From an uncultured Dehalococcoidia bacterium (GTDB taxonomy: Bacteria > Chloroflexota > Dehalococcoidia > Lucifugimonadales > UBA1127), in contig OX638292.1 in the NCBI GenBank assembly GCA_951812285.1, forward strand, positions 1,464,551-1,528,550: a DNA stretch of 64,000 nucleotides, given 5' to 3'. The translations under genes were made by a program, and so were the position numbers. Below the pieces are notes generated by a model, which did not search any database, was not told where the DNA came from, and saw only the letters and a list, made by a program, of their open reading frames with translations. This document shows positions 18,141 through 26,075 of the stretch, piece after piece (position 1 is the stretch's first letter; each line of letters begins with the position of its first letter).

Positions 18141-18196
18141 AAGGCGGGCCTCGGGGTCGGGTTGAACCTCTTCGGGCCCAGTTTACGCGCTGAGCG

Positions 18197-18640
18197 TCAC
18201 GCTCCCGCGCCCGCCATGCCGGCCAGGATCTCGTCGGTGCTCGGCATGCCGCGCTGGTAGTAGACGACCACACCTCGCTTGTCGATGCCTACCACGGTCC
18301 GCAGCGGTGCGATCTTCTGCAGCGTTCGCGCACCGTAGGCCTGACCCACCTCGCCGCCGTCGTCCACGAGGAGGCTGAAGGGGAAGTTGTTCTTCTCGCT
18401 GAACCGCTGGTGGGACTTCATGCTGCCGGGGTTGACGCCAAACACCACGGTTTCGGCGTCCTCAAACCTGTCCCTGTCATCACGCAGGGCACACAATTGC
18501 CGCGTTCAGCCGGGCGTGTTGTTCATGGGGTAGAAGACCAGCACGACGTTCTTCTTGCCCCGAAAGCTGGACAGCGTCACGTCTTCATCGGGCGGGGTGC
18601 CCTTCAGGGTGAAGGCAGGGGCAACCGATCCCACGTCCAT
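18197..18640 (-). CDS. bcp: Bcp-type peroxiredoxin (AhpC/TSA family) with in-frame TGA = candidate selenocysteine at the peroxidatic position (U45, resolving C50)
   Basis: ORFs 18506..18772 and 18197..18496 are in the same frame, separated only by TGA (18506-18508) plus 3 codons. The joined sequence reads VLVFYPMNNTPG-U-TRQLCALRDD, colinear with the FYP...TPGC....C..RD motif of Bcp. ATG 18640 has a GGAGG RBS. Confidence 0.75.
18469..18493 (-). promoter_or_regulatory. candidate bacterial SECIS stem-loop for the peroxiredoxin TGA
   Basis: RNA UGU(G)CCCUG-CGUGAUGA-CAGGGACA. The stem starts 13 nt after the UGA (position +16 counting the U as +1) and the apical loop spans +25 to +32. Confidence 0.5.
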
Positions 18641-18683
18641 AACGATGCGTCCTCCCCGCGTTGCGCCTCTCGCGCAAGCGCTG

Positions 18684-19970
18684 TCAGTCGATAAAGTGCA
18701 CCTGAGACCCCGAGAGCGCGCCGACGGGCCGCGAGTCGATTCGCTGCACGATGGCGTCCAACAACAGGTCAAGGCCCCAGCCCTCGGCGGCGGACACCAT
18801 GACGCCGCCCTCCGCGCTCTCGCCGAGGGACGACAGGTCGGGCCCGGACCCGTTCTCGGCGTGCACGGCCAGGTCCATCTTGTTCAGCACCAGCAGCCGC
18901 GGCTTGGCGTCTAGATCCAGCTCGGCCAGTGTTTCCTCAACGACTTGCACGTGCTCGGCGGCGTTGTGGTGGCTGACGTCGACGACGTGGAGCAGCAGGT
19001 CGGCCTCGGCGAGCTCCTCGAGGGTCGCCCGGAAGGCGGCTACGAGCGTGTGGGGCAGCTTGTGGATGAAGCCGACCGTGTCCGTCAGGAGGGCGAAAGT
19101 CCCGTCGGGGAGCGCCATGCGCCGCGTAACCGGGTCCAGCGTCGAAAAGGGCTTGGCCTCAGCGACGACGCCCGCACGCACCAGCGCGTTGAAGAGGGTG
19201 CTCTTGCCCGCGTTGGTGTAGCCCACCAGCGAGACCATCGGCGCCTGGGCCGCCTGCCTCCGACTGCGGTGCCGCGAACGGTGTGCCCGGACGGTCTCGA
19301 GGTCGCGCTTCAGCCGGCTGATGCGCTCGCGGACGAGGCGGCGGTCGGTCTCGAGCTGGGTCTCGCCGGGGCCCCGGGTGCCGATGCCGCCTCCGAGACG
19401 CTCGAGGTGCGACCACTGCCCGGCGAGCCTCGGCAGCAGGTACTCGTGCTGCGCGAGCTCGACCTGGAGCACGCCCTCTTTGGTGCGGGCCCGGTCGGCG
19501 AAGATGTCCAGGATGAGCGCGCTGCGGTCAAGGACCTTCACTTCGAGTGCACGCTCAAGGTTCCGCTGCTGCGCCGGCTTGAGCTCATCATTGAAGACGA
19601 CGACAGTGCTCTCGGATGCCGCGCGCGTCTCCTTTATCTCCTCGAGCTTGCCGTGGCCGACGTAGACCGACGTCGGCCGGTCGATGTTCTGCGTCACCTC
19701 GCCGACGACCTCGCCACCCGCGCTGCGCACAAGCTGCCCGAGCTCGCCCATGGAGTCGGCGAGCTCCCATCGGGCGTGGCGAGCGTTTCGTGGCGCGATG
19801 CCCACGAGCAGCGCGCGCTCGGGCCCGGTGGCCGTCGCGTGCAAGCCGTTGCCGTTGGACCTGTCTCGGCGTCTGGCCAGGGTGGGCGCTCCTTCTCCGG
19901 CGGGCGGGAAACCCCGCTGTTGGTGTCTAGTTTGAGTCGTTATGTCTTGTGCGGGCACGATATCGCCCAA
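18684..19970 (-). CDS. hflX: GTPase HflX
   Basis: 428-aa ORF. HflX N-terminal domain followed by the G domain GYTNAGKSTLFNAL, DTVGF, NKMD. Exact start uncertain (TTG at 19970). Confidence 0.88.
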   Translation of the reverse strand: MGDIVPAQDITTQTRHQQRGFPPAGEGAPTLARRRDRSNGNGLHATATGPERALLVGIAPRNARHARWELADSMGELGQLVRSAGGEVVGEVTQNIDRPTSVYVGHGKLEEIKETRAASESTVVVFNDELKPAQQRNLERALEVKVLDRSALILDIFADRARTKEGVLQVELAQHEYLLPRLAGQWSHLERLGGGIGTRGPGETQLETDRRLVRERISRLKRDLETVRAHRSRHRSRRQAAQAPMVSLVGYTNAGKSTLFNALVRAGVVAEAKPFSTLDPVTRRMALPDGTFALLTDTVGFIHKLPHTLVAAFRATLEELAEADLLLHVVDVSHHNAAEHVQVVEETLAELDLDAKPRLLVLNKMDLAVHAENGSGPDLSSLGESAEGGVMVSAAEGWGLDLLLDAIVQRIDSRPVGALSGSQVHFID

Positions 19971-20115
19971 GGCGCTGCCTAGATTCTACTCTCTGTGGCA
20001 AGGCAGAGACATAGGGAGAGGCAGAACACCGAGGAAGAACCGGCGGACCGGCACGGTGCGAAACACGCGGGAAGCCACCGGGAGGCCGCTCGCCGAGGGT
20101 AGCCGGGCGCCGCGC

Positions 20116-20781
20116 CTAGGCGTCTACCTGGTCGACGGAGAGCCCGAGGCGGTTGCGCACCTGCCACAGGAGCATCGACGCGTCGCCGCGCGGGTGCGGG
20201 GTGAGCCCTCGCGAGCGCAGCAGGTCCTTCAGCGCGTCCAGCGAGTCCATGACCCGCGACGTCCCGTCCTCGAAGTTCACGACGGGGAGCTGCCCGCGGA
20301 ACCACCGGGCGCGACGGACCGGGGCCTCGGCGGCTGACGCGGACGGAGCAGGCTCGGGCGACGGGATGGATGGGGTCATTGCCGGCGCAGGTGGCTCTTC
20401 AGCCGCCGCAGCCTCAACGGGCTCTGGTTCCGGCTCCGGGGCTTCCTCCACCACCGTTGTCGTCTCCAGAACGTCGTCAGTGGCCTCAAGGGACGGCGAG
20501 GGCGCGGAGTCGGCCTCGATAGGCTCAGGCGCTGTCTCTACGACCACTGCCTCGGGGGCGGGCTCCTCGACAGGCGGCTCCAACGTCGCGACGTCGGCGG
20601 GGGGCGGGGATGAGGGCGCGGGCGGCGTTGGCTCCGGCTCGGGATCGTGTCCGTTTTCAAGCTCCAGTCGACGCGCTTCAAGCACCTGCGAAGCTAACCG
20701 CAGGTACAGAGGCGTCTCAGGCGCCTTCAGTGACACCTCACCCAGCAAAAGTTCAAAGGATGGCCTTGATTGTTGTGTCAT
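20116..20781 (-). CDS. hypothetical protein with a central Pro/Glu/Ala-rich linker
   Basis: 221-aa ORF upstream of hflX. Structured N- and C-terminal segments flank the low-complexity run PEPEPTPPAP...EPEPEPVE. The opposite-strand ORF 20153..20794 looks like a shadow. Confidence 0.5.
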   Translation of the reverse strand: MTQQSRPSFELLLGEVSLKAPETPLYLRLASQVLEARRLELENGHDPEPEPTPPAPSSPPPADVATLEPPVEEPAPEAVVVETAPEPIEADSAPSPSLEATDDVLETTTVVEEAPEPEPEPVEAAAAEEPPAPAMTPSIPSPEPAPSASAAEAPVRRARWFRGQLPVVNFEDGTSRVMDSLDALKDLLRSRGLTPHPRGDASMLLWQVRNRLGLSVDQVDA

Positions 20782-20931
20782 GTCACGACCTTAGCGTCAC
20801 ATGACGACTCTGTCAACCCCTTGTAGAAAAGTCACATTCAGTCTCCAAGTGGACGTCTCTTTGCGTCCCGGCGTTGTGTCATGTTGGTGACGTGCCTGGA
20901 CGGACCTCCTGAGTGTAACCGTCTCTTGGAC

Positions 20932-21020
20932 TTCCCCACACCTTTCCCACGCTGGCTGTGGGAAGTCCTTGGGAACCCAGGTTCACGGATGTGGGGAATT
21001 CGTGGACTGCCTGTGGGAAA
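20932..21020. promoter_or_regulatory. phased array of five DnaA-box-like 9-mers (TGTGGGRAA / TTYCCCACR)
   Basis: TTCCCCACA 20932-20940, TTTCCCACG 20943-20951, TGTGGGAAG 20958-20966, TGTGGGGAA 20990-20998, TGTGGGAAA 21012-21020. Same-orientation spacings are 11, 32 and 22 bp. Located in the 385-bp gap downstream of dnaN. Confidence 0.45.
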
Positions 21021-21100
21021 CCCCTGGGGGGAAGACTTTGGCGACACGTTATGTCTCGCCGTTGTGCCTGCCGGGCGCTGAGGGGTCTGGCTGACAGGTG

Positions 21101-21133
21101 AAGGAGCCTGCCACCGTAAGTGGCCGGCTCCTT
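21101..21133 (-). terminator. long hairpin just downstream of dnaN
   Basis: AAGGAGCC-T-GCCAC cgtaa GTGGC-C-GGCTCCTT, 13 bp of pairing, no obvious U-tract. Confidence 0.4.
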
Positions 21134-21166
21134 GCTGCGTCTGTGCCGGGTGCGCGGACTAACGCG

Positions 21167-22291
21167 CTACCACTGGACGAACATCGGCATTACCACGTGG
21201 ATGTAGTTCTCTGTGTCCTTGGGCCGCAGCACGCCGGGGCTCGACGGCGTAGTCACCTCGAGCGCGACGCGGTCCGTGCCGATGACGCCGAGCACGTCGG
21301 TGAGGTACTTGGCGTTGAAGGCGATCTTGGCTTCGTCGCCTTCAACCTCAGCGTCAATCTCGGCGAGGTTTTCGCCAACCTCATCGGCGCGGGCGACGAA
21401 CTGCAGGGCGCCGGGCTCGCCGGGCTGGATGTGGAGACGCACGATGCCGGAGCTGTCGCGGGCGAAGATTGCGGCCGTGCGCGCGGCGCGCAGGCACTCG
21501 TCGACCGCCAGGCCAGCGCGGGTGGTGTAGCGCTCCGGAATGAGCTGCGAGTAGTTGGGGAAGGACCCCTGGATGAGCTGCGACACCATCTCGACGTCGC
21601 CGAAGCGGAAGAGGGCCTGGCCGCGGGCGGAGGAGATTACCATCTCGACCGTCTCATCTTCATCGTTAAGCAGCCGGTTGAGCTCGTTCATGGTGCGGCC
21701 CGGGATGATGACCTCAACGGACTCGGACGCGGCCTCCTGCAGGGTGCCATGGTGGACGGCAAGCCGGAAGCCGTCGGCGGCCGCCATCGTGAAGCGATCG
21801 TCGTCGATCTCCATCTTGACGCCGGTGAGGACCGGTCGCGACTCTTCGGTGGCGGCCGCGAAGACTACCTGCCCTATTGCGGCCTTGAGCGCCCGCGCAG
21901 AGACCTTCGCTACGACGCCCTCGTCGACTGTCGGGATCGGCGGGAATTCGCCAGCGTCAGTGCCGATGATGCGCGCCTGGTTTCGCGCGCAGTTCAACTC
22001 CATCGCGTGGGGCTGTGTCGAGGTCTTTACGTCAACGCGCTCGTTTCGCAGCGTGTTCACGAACTCGGACAGCAGACGCGCCGGCACGGTGATCTCGCCG
22101 TCTTCCTCGACCGTGGAGCCGACCCACGTACTGATAGCGACCTCGAGGTTGGTGGCGGTCAGCCGCAGCCTGCCCTGATCCGTAGCTATGAGCACGTTCT
22201 GCGTGATGGGAAGGGTGGACCGGTTGGGCACAGCCCTGCCCACGACGCCAAGGCCCTTGTTCAACGTCTCCTGAAGGCAGGAAACGATCAT
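21167..22291 (-). CDS. dnaN: DNA polymerase III beta subunit (sliding clamp)
   Basis: Starts MIVSCLQETLNKGLGVVGRAV at ATG 22291, 7 nt after GGAGGG. Three-domain length (374 aa). The listed ORF extends further upstream without an RBS. Confidence 0.9.
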   Translation of the reverse strand: MIVSCLQETLNKGLGVVGRAVPNRSTLPITQNVLIATDQGRLRLTATNLEVAISTWVGSTVEEDGEITVPARLLSEFVNTLRNERVDVKTSTQPHAMELNCARNQARIIGTDAGEFPPIPTVDEGVVAKVSARALKAAIGQVVFAAATEESRPVLTGVKMEIDDDRFTMAAADGFRLAVHHGTLQEAASESVEVIIPGRTMNELNRLLNDEDETVEMVISSARGQALFRFGDVEMVSQLIQGSFPNYSQLIPERYTTRAGLAVDECLRAARTAAIFARDSSGIVRLHIQPGEPGALQFVARADEVGENLAEIDAEVEGDEAKIAFNAKYLTDVLGVIGTDRVALEVTTPSSPGVLRPKDTENYIHVVMPMFVQW

Positions 22292-22466
22292 ATGCATCCC
22301 TCCTTGGGATTTGCACCAAGTATAGGGCGCAGTGAAACCTCGCCGCAACGCGTTTGGCAAGCGGCTGTTAGCAGTTTTCCCCATTGCGCCCAAAGAAAAA
22401 GCCCCTGCGCCTCCCCCTCCGAGGTGCAGGGGCCAGTTCCACGGCCACGCGGACTATGAAAGGTGT

Positions 22467-22703
22467 TTATCTGCTTTCGTGCTTGATCTCCAGGGTCTCA
22501 TCAGGAGCCAGGGCCACCCGGCGGTACTGGATGCCCAGTTTCAGCAACCAGTAGCCGATCGTCGCCTTGCTAACGCCAAACTCCTGTGCAGTCCCCGTCA
22601 GGCCCCTCTCATTCACCATTTCGGGAAGCAGCCGGGTAAGCGGCCTCTTGTACTGCTCTTCAACCCTGATCATCGCCGGTGTCATCCTGGGCATTTCGCT
22701 CAC
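22467..22703 (-). CDS. small helix-turn-helix DNA-binding protein, co-oriented directly upstream of dnaN
   Basis: 75-78 aa. Probable HTH GLTGTAQEFGVSKATIGYWLLKLGI. ATG 22694 (after GGGGGTG) is a likelier start than GTG 22703. Confidence 0.6.
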   Translation of the reverse strand: MSEMPRMTPAMIRVEEQYKRPLTRLLPEMVNERGLTGTAQEFGVSKATIGYWLLKLGIQYRRVALAPDETLEIKHESR

Positions 22704-22732
22704 CCCCTTGCGGGAACTGTCTCACTAGAGCT

Positions 22733-22761
22733 AGTCTACAGTGTGTTCCTGCCGTTGTCAA
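22733..22761 (-). promoter_or_regulatory. sigma70-type promoter for the HTH-dnaN unit
   Basis: Minus strand TTGACA (22761-22756), 17 nt spacer, TAGACT (22738-22733). Confidence 0.55.
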
Positions 22762-23052
22762 GCCCCTGTCCAGACAATCTCTCAAACAAGTCTAAAACTT
22801 TCTAAGACAGAGTACAGAACACCAAGATTTTATACTATAATCGTTGGTATACATTCTTAGATTCTTGTTTGTCACAGCAAGGCGCTTGAGTGTGGAAACA
22901 TCAGATTGTGGCGTCTCAATCCAAGCGGTTGCAGGGTTAGGGCGTCAGAGAGCCTATTCGGTGCCGACTCTTGTGTCGTTCACCCCGTGTGCACTGGAGT
23001 ATGGTGTCGTGCCTTGCCACGCGGATCTGCGAACCTCTCCCGATCGCATTCG

Positions 23053-23082
23053 TGGACAGCTTTCGCACGGCCTGCCTATAAT
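23053..23082 (+). promoter_or_regulatory. sigma70-type promoter for acpS-nnr-coaX-coaBC
   Basis: TGGACA (23053-23058), 18 nt spacer, TATAAT (23077-23082), 60 nt before the acpS ATG. Confidence 0.6.
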
Positions 23083-23141
23083 GCCCTCGCCCGGAAGCTC
23101 ATCTTGTATGCACATACCACTGACGCATGGACTGAGGCTGC

Positions 23142-23522
23142 ATGCTCCGTACCGGCGTAGACATCGTGGAGATCTGGCGTATCGGGGAAGCGGTCGCCCG
23201 CTGGGGTGACCGCTTCTTCAACCGCATATACACGCCAGGAGAGCTCGCTTACTCGCGGGACCGACTCCCGCAGCTTGCCGGGCGCTTTGCGGCGAAAGAG
23301 GCCGTCATGAAGGCGCTCGGCACGGGCGTACGGGGCGTCGGCTGGCGCGAGATCGAAGTTGTGCGCAAGCCTGGGCAGGCGCCCACCGTCGTGCTGCACG
23401 GCCGCGCCAAGGCGCGCGCCGAGCGGATTTGTCTCGGCGAGATCTCCATCTCCATATCGCACTCGCGCGACTACGCCGTTGTAGTGGCCGTGGGGGAGAT
23501 CGATGAAGATTGTCACAGCTAA
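23142..23522 (+). CDS. acpS: holo-[acyl-carrier-protein] synthase
   Basis: 126-aa ORF. GVDIVEI..., FAAKEAVMKALG, ISISHSRDYAVA-like motif. Confidence 0.88.
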   Translation: MLRTGVDIVEIWRIGEAVARWGDRFFNRIYTPGELAYSRDRLPQLAGRFAAKEAVMKALGTGVRGVGWREIEVVRKPGQAPTVVLHGRAKARAERICLGEISISISHSRDYAVVVAVGEIDEDCHS

Positions 23523-25182
23523 TGCCATGCGCTCGCTGGAGCGCCGTGCCGTAGAGGCGAGTTCCCCCGATGGACAGCGTGTGGGCTCCCTAGACGACCT
23601 CATGGAGCGCGCGGGGCTCCTCTCCGCCCGCGCCGCATGGGACATGCTGAACGCCGACGATGGTTACGCGCAAGCGCGTCCTGTCATGCAGCCGCCTCCC
23701 GTTATGTCCACGTCACCAGTCTCCGAAGAGATGGCCGCGCCGCGCATCGTGGTGTTGGTGGGGCCGGGCAACAACGGCGGCGACGGCTTGGTCGCGGCCC
23801 GCCACCTGCAACGGTGGCACGGCGGCGTCATCACGATCATCCTGGCGGCACGGCAGGGCGATGACCCGAAGCGCGCCCTCGCGGTCGGCGCGGGCGTGAC
23901 CATCGTCGGGCCGGATGACGACCCCATCTCGACGCTAGAACGGTCGCTGCCTTCCGCGGCGCTCGTCGTCGACGCGGTGCTGGGCATCGGCGCCTCGCGG
24001 CCACTCGAGGGGACGCTGCGGGACGCTATGGCCCTCGTGAACGCGGAGCGGGAGCGGCGGCCGGCGCTGCAGACGCTGGCGCTGGACGTGCCGACGGGCA
24101 TCGACGCGGACGATGGAGAGGCGGACCACAACTCGCTGGACGCTACGGCCACCGTGAGCTTCGGCTTCCCCAAGCACGGCCACTTCCGGTTCCCGGCTGC
24201 CGCTCGCGTGGGGCGGCTCATCGTCGCGGACATCGGCGTGCCCGAGGCGCTTGCAGAGGACATCGCGGAGGAGGCCGTGACGACGGCGTGGGCACGGTCA
24301 AAGCTGCCGCGGCGGCCTCTGGACTCGCACAAGGGTTCGTTTGGCAGGGTGCTGGCGCTGGCGGGCTCTCGGAGCTACATCGGCGCGGCGCAGCTTGCGT
24401 GCCTTGGCGCCGCCCGGTCCGGGGCCGGGTACATCACGCTGGCGGTGACGCCCGTGGTGCAAGCGCTCATGGCCGCCCGGTTGGCGGAGAGCACCTATCT
24501 GCTGCTGCCGGACGATGGCGACGGCGTCGCGGACCCGGAGGCGGCGAGCTCGCTGCGGGACACCATGCCCGCCTGCGACGCACTGCTCGTCGGGTGCGGA
24601 CTGGGGCAGCACGACACGACGCGGCGGCTGCTCGACCGGCTGCTGCTCTCACTCGAGCCACTGCCGCTGCCGGCGGTCATCGACGCGGACGCGCTGAACT
24701 TTCTGGCGCGGACCGACGGATGGTGGGAGCGCTGGCAGGGCGACGCCGTGCTGACGCCGCACCCGGGCGAGATGGCTCGGCTGCTCGATTGCAGCATCGG
24801 CGACGTCGAGGGCGACCGCATAGGGGCCGCGAGGAGCGCCGCTGCGCGGTGGGGCGTCACGGTGCTGCTGAAAGGTGCATTCACCGTGGCGGCCGCGCCT
24901 GACGGCCGCGTGCGCGTCCTGCCCTTCGCCAACCCCGCGCTGGCCACGGCGGGAACGGGCGACGTGCTCGCTGGCTGCGTGGCAGGGCTGCTCGCGCAGG
25001 GGCTGTCGACGTTTGACGCGGCGACACTCGGGGCGTTTGTCCACGCTGCCGCAGGGCAACTTGCGGCCGAGGAGATTGGCGAGGCGGGCGTCATTGCGGG
25101 GGACCTGTTGCCGCTGCTGCCCAGGGCGATCGGGATGCTGCGCGAGGGGAGCTTCTCGGGCGGCATTTTCCACATAGGCTAG
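23503..25182 (+). CDS. nnr: bifunctional NAD(P)H-hydrate repair enzyme (epimerase + ADP-dependent dehydratase, YjeF family)
   Basis: 559-aa ORF. N-terminal YjeF_N (GPGNNGGDGLVAARHL) and C-terminal carbohydrate-kinase-like domain (GSRSYIGAAQLA..., TAGTGDVLAG). Overlaps acpS by 20 nt. Confidence 0.88.
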   Translation: MKIVTANAMRSLERRAVEASSPDGQRVGSLDDLMERAGLLSARAAWDMLNADDGYAQARPVMQPPPVMSTSPVSEEMAAPRIVVLVGPGNNGGDGLVAARHLQRWHGGVITIILAARQGDDPKRALAVGAGVTIVGPDDDPISTLERSLPSAALVVDAVLGIGASRPLEGTLRDAMALVNAERERRPALQTLALDVPTGIDADDGEADHNSLDATATVSFGFPKHGHFRFPAAARVGRLIVADIGVPEALAEDIAEEAVTTAWARSKLPRRPLDSHKGSFGRVLALAGSRSYIGAAQLACLGAARSGAGYITLAVTPVVQALMAARLAESTYLLLPDDGDGVADPEAASSLRDTMPACDALLVGCGLGQHDTTRRLLDRLLLSLEPLPLPAVIDADALNFLARTDGWWERWQGDAVLTPHPGEMARLLDCSIGDVEGDRIGAARSAAARWGVTVLLKGAFTVAAAPDGRVRVLPFANPALATAGTGDVLAGCVAGLLAQGLSTFDAATLGAFVHAAAGQLAAEEIGEAGVIAGDLLPLLPRAIGMLREGSFSGGIFHIG

Positions 25183-25255
25183 TTGCCGCCGCCACTTGCG
25201 GGCAAAGGGTCCGTGTCAGGGCCCAGATTCCCCATCTGCTATACTCACCCCTACC

Positions 25256-26038
25256 ATGCTGCTTGCCATTGACGTCGGAAACACCAATATCACCATGGGC
25301 GCGTTCAACGGGGACGCCCTGGCCGCGACGTGGCGCATGTCGACGGAGTCGCGGTGGCAGCCCGACGAGTGCAGCGTGGTCCTGCGGTCCATGATGACGA
25401 TGAAGCACGTCAGCCCTGAGGACGTGGAAGCCGTCGTCATTTGCAGCGTGGTCCCGCCGCTCACGCCGGTCTTCGAGGAGGCGTGCGTGAACACGTTCGG
25501 CACTGCGCCGCTCGTAGTAGGCGCGGGCACGCGGACGGGCGTGCGCATCCTCTACGAGCCACCTCGAGACGTGGGCGCGGACAGGGTTGTCGACGCGGCG
25601 GCGGCCTACAGGCTCTACGGCGGACCGCTGGTCGTCGTGGACTTCGGCACGGCGACCGTCTTCGACGCCGTCACCAAGGAGGGCGACTACTTGGGCGGCG
25701 CGCTGTTCCCGGGGATGCAGATCGCCTCGGAGGCGCTGGTGCAGCGGACGTCGCAGCTCCGCCGCGTCGAGCTGACGGCGCCGAAGTCGGCCATCGGGCG
25801 CAACACCATCGCGGCGCTGCAGTCGGGGCTGGTGTACGGGCACGTCGCGCTGGTCGAGGGGATGATCGCGCGGTTTCGGAGCGAGCTGGGAGAGGACGCC
25901 CGGGCCGTCGCTACCGGAGGGCTGGCCGATCTGGTGGCGTCACAGACGGACGTGTTTCACGCCGTCAACCCGGACCTTACCCTCATCGGCCTCCGAATGG
26001 TGTACGATATGAATCAGAATGGAGGCGCGTCCTCCTGA
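25256..26038 (+). CDS. coaX: type III pantothenate kinase
   Basis: Starts MLLAIDVGNTNITMG. VVDFGTATVFD motif. The ORF listed from 25196 has an unsupported extension. Confidence 0.88.
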   Translation: MLLAIDVGNTNITMGAFNGDALAATWRMSTESRWQPDECSVVLRSMMTMKHVSPEDVEAVVICSVVPPLTPVFEEACVNTFGTAPLVVGAGTRTGVRILYEPPRDVGADRVVDAAAAYRLYGGPLVVVDFGTATVFDAVTKEGDYLGGALFPGMQIASEALVQRTSQLRRVELTAPKSAIGRNTIAALQSGLVYGHVALVEGMIARFRSELGEDARAVATGGLADLVASQTDVFHAVNPDLTLIGLRMVYDMNQNGGASS

Positions 26039-26075
26039 GCGGGCCCCCGGCCCTTACCCCTGAAAGGAAGGGACC

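Noticed and set aside
18197-18772. Reading the split peroxiredoxin (and likewise the split DUF3179 gene at 60034..61584) as pseudogenes or as pairs of small independent ORFs.
   Set aside because: Both interruptions are single in-frame TGAs sitting exactly on a conserved redox Cys codon. They are followed by similar hairpins at the same distance, and there are no other lesions. Selenocysteine is the more economical explanation, though pseudogenisation is not formally excluded without the sel genes.
23049-23058. TCGTGGACA as another DnaA-box-like site (similar to CGTGGACTG at 21001).
   Set aside because: It coincides with the -35 hexamer TGGACA of a near-consensus promoter (18-nt spacer, TATAAT) for acpS, which explains it sufficiently.
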